A program made the translations under genes and the position numbers. A stretch of DNA of 32,000 bases, from positions 240,001-272,000 of the forward strand of contig OY969902.1 in assembly GCA_963704435.1 (NCBI GenBank), written 5' to 3'. Within the stretch, counting starts at the first letter, position 1; each line of letters starts with the position of its first letter. Of this stretch, positions 31,950-32,000 are shown in pieces. The notes below the pieces were generated by a model. It made no database searches and was not told the DNA's origin. It worked only from the letters and a program-made list of their open reading frames with translations. The DNA is from an uncultured archaeon. Its GTDB lineage: Archaea > Micrarchaeota > Micrarchaeia > Micrarchaeales > CABMGC01.

Positions 31950-32000
31950 AGGCAGCAGTTAACTCTGCGGTTCACCGAAAAGTATATATATCTATTTGCC

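Overview
This window is archaeal. It carries topoisomerase VI subunit B, a Nop5/Nop56-58-type protein, an archaeal/eukaryotic-type GlyRS, an aDim2-like KH protein, a class III (type IV pilin-like) signal peptide protein and a Tes-like radical SAM enzyme.

Positions 1-23130 are high-GC core genome (spot count 39/60 G+C at 1321-1380) with dense, mostly confident genes. Notable items in this part:
- a hicA remnant with an in-frame stop;
- one IS4/IS5-type insertion sequence with clear inverted repeats and a 6-bp target duplication (13413-14472);
- a tight six-gene plus-strand operon (14523-19974) built around a VirB4/HerA-like ATPase, with small zinc-ribbon/TM, coiled-coil/wHTH and large bitopic membrane proteins. 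An IS separates it from a pilin-like LamG protein.

From about 23133 to the right edge the composition collapses (spot count 14/60 G+C at 24181-24240) into a mosaic accessory/defence island. It contains:
- an RHH - TIR-with-TM-anchor - type IIG R-M operon;
- a SWIM-zinc-finger DDE transposase;
- a three-gene operon of a retropepsin-like protease, an unknown protein and a 4-TM protein;
- a Vsr/Dcm pair.

The best candidates for undescribed systems are the two small operons inside the island and the VirB4-like ATPase membrane cluster. No rRNA, tRNA or CRISPR array was recognised. All domain calls come from motif recognition by eye, and no searches were run.
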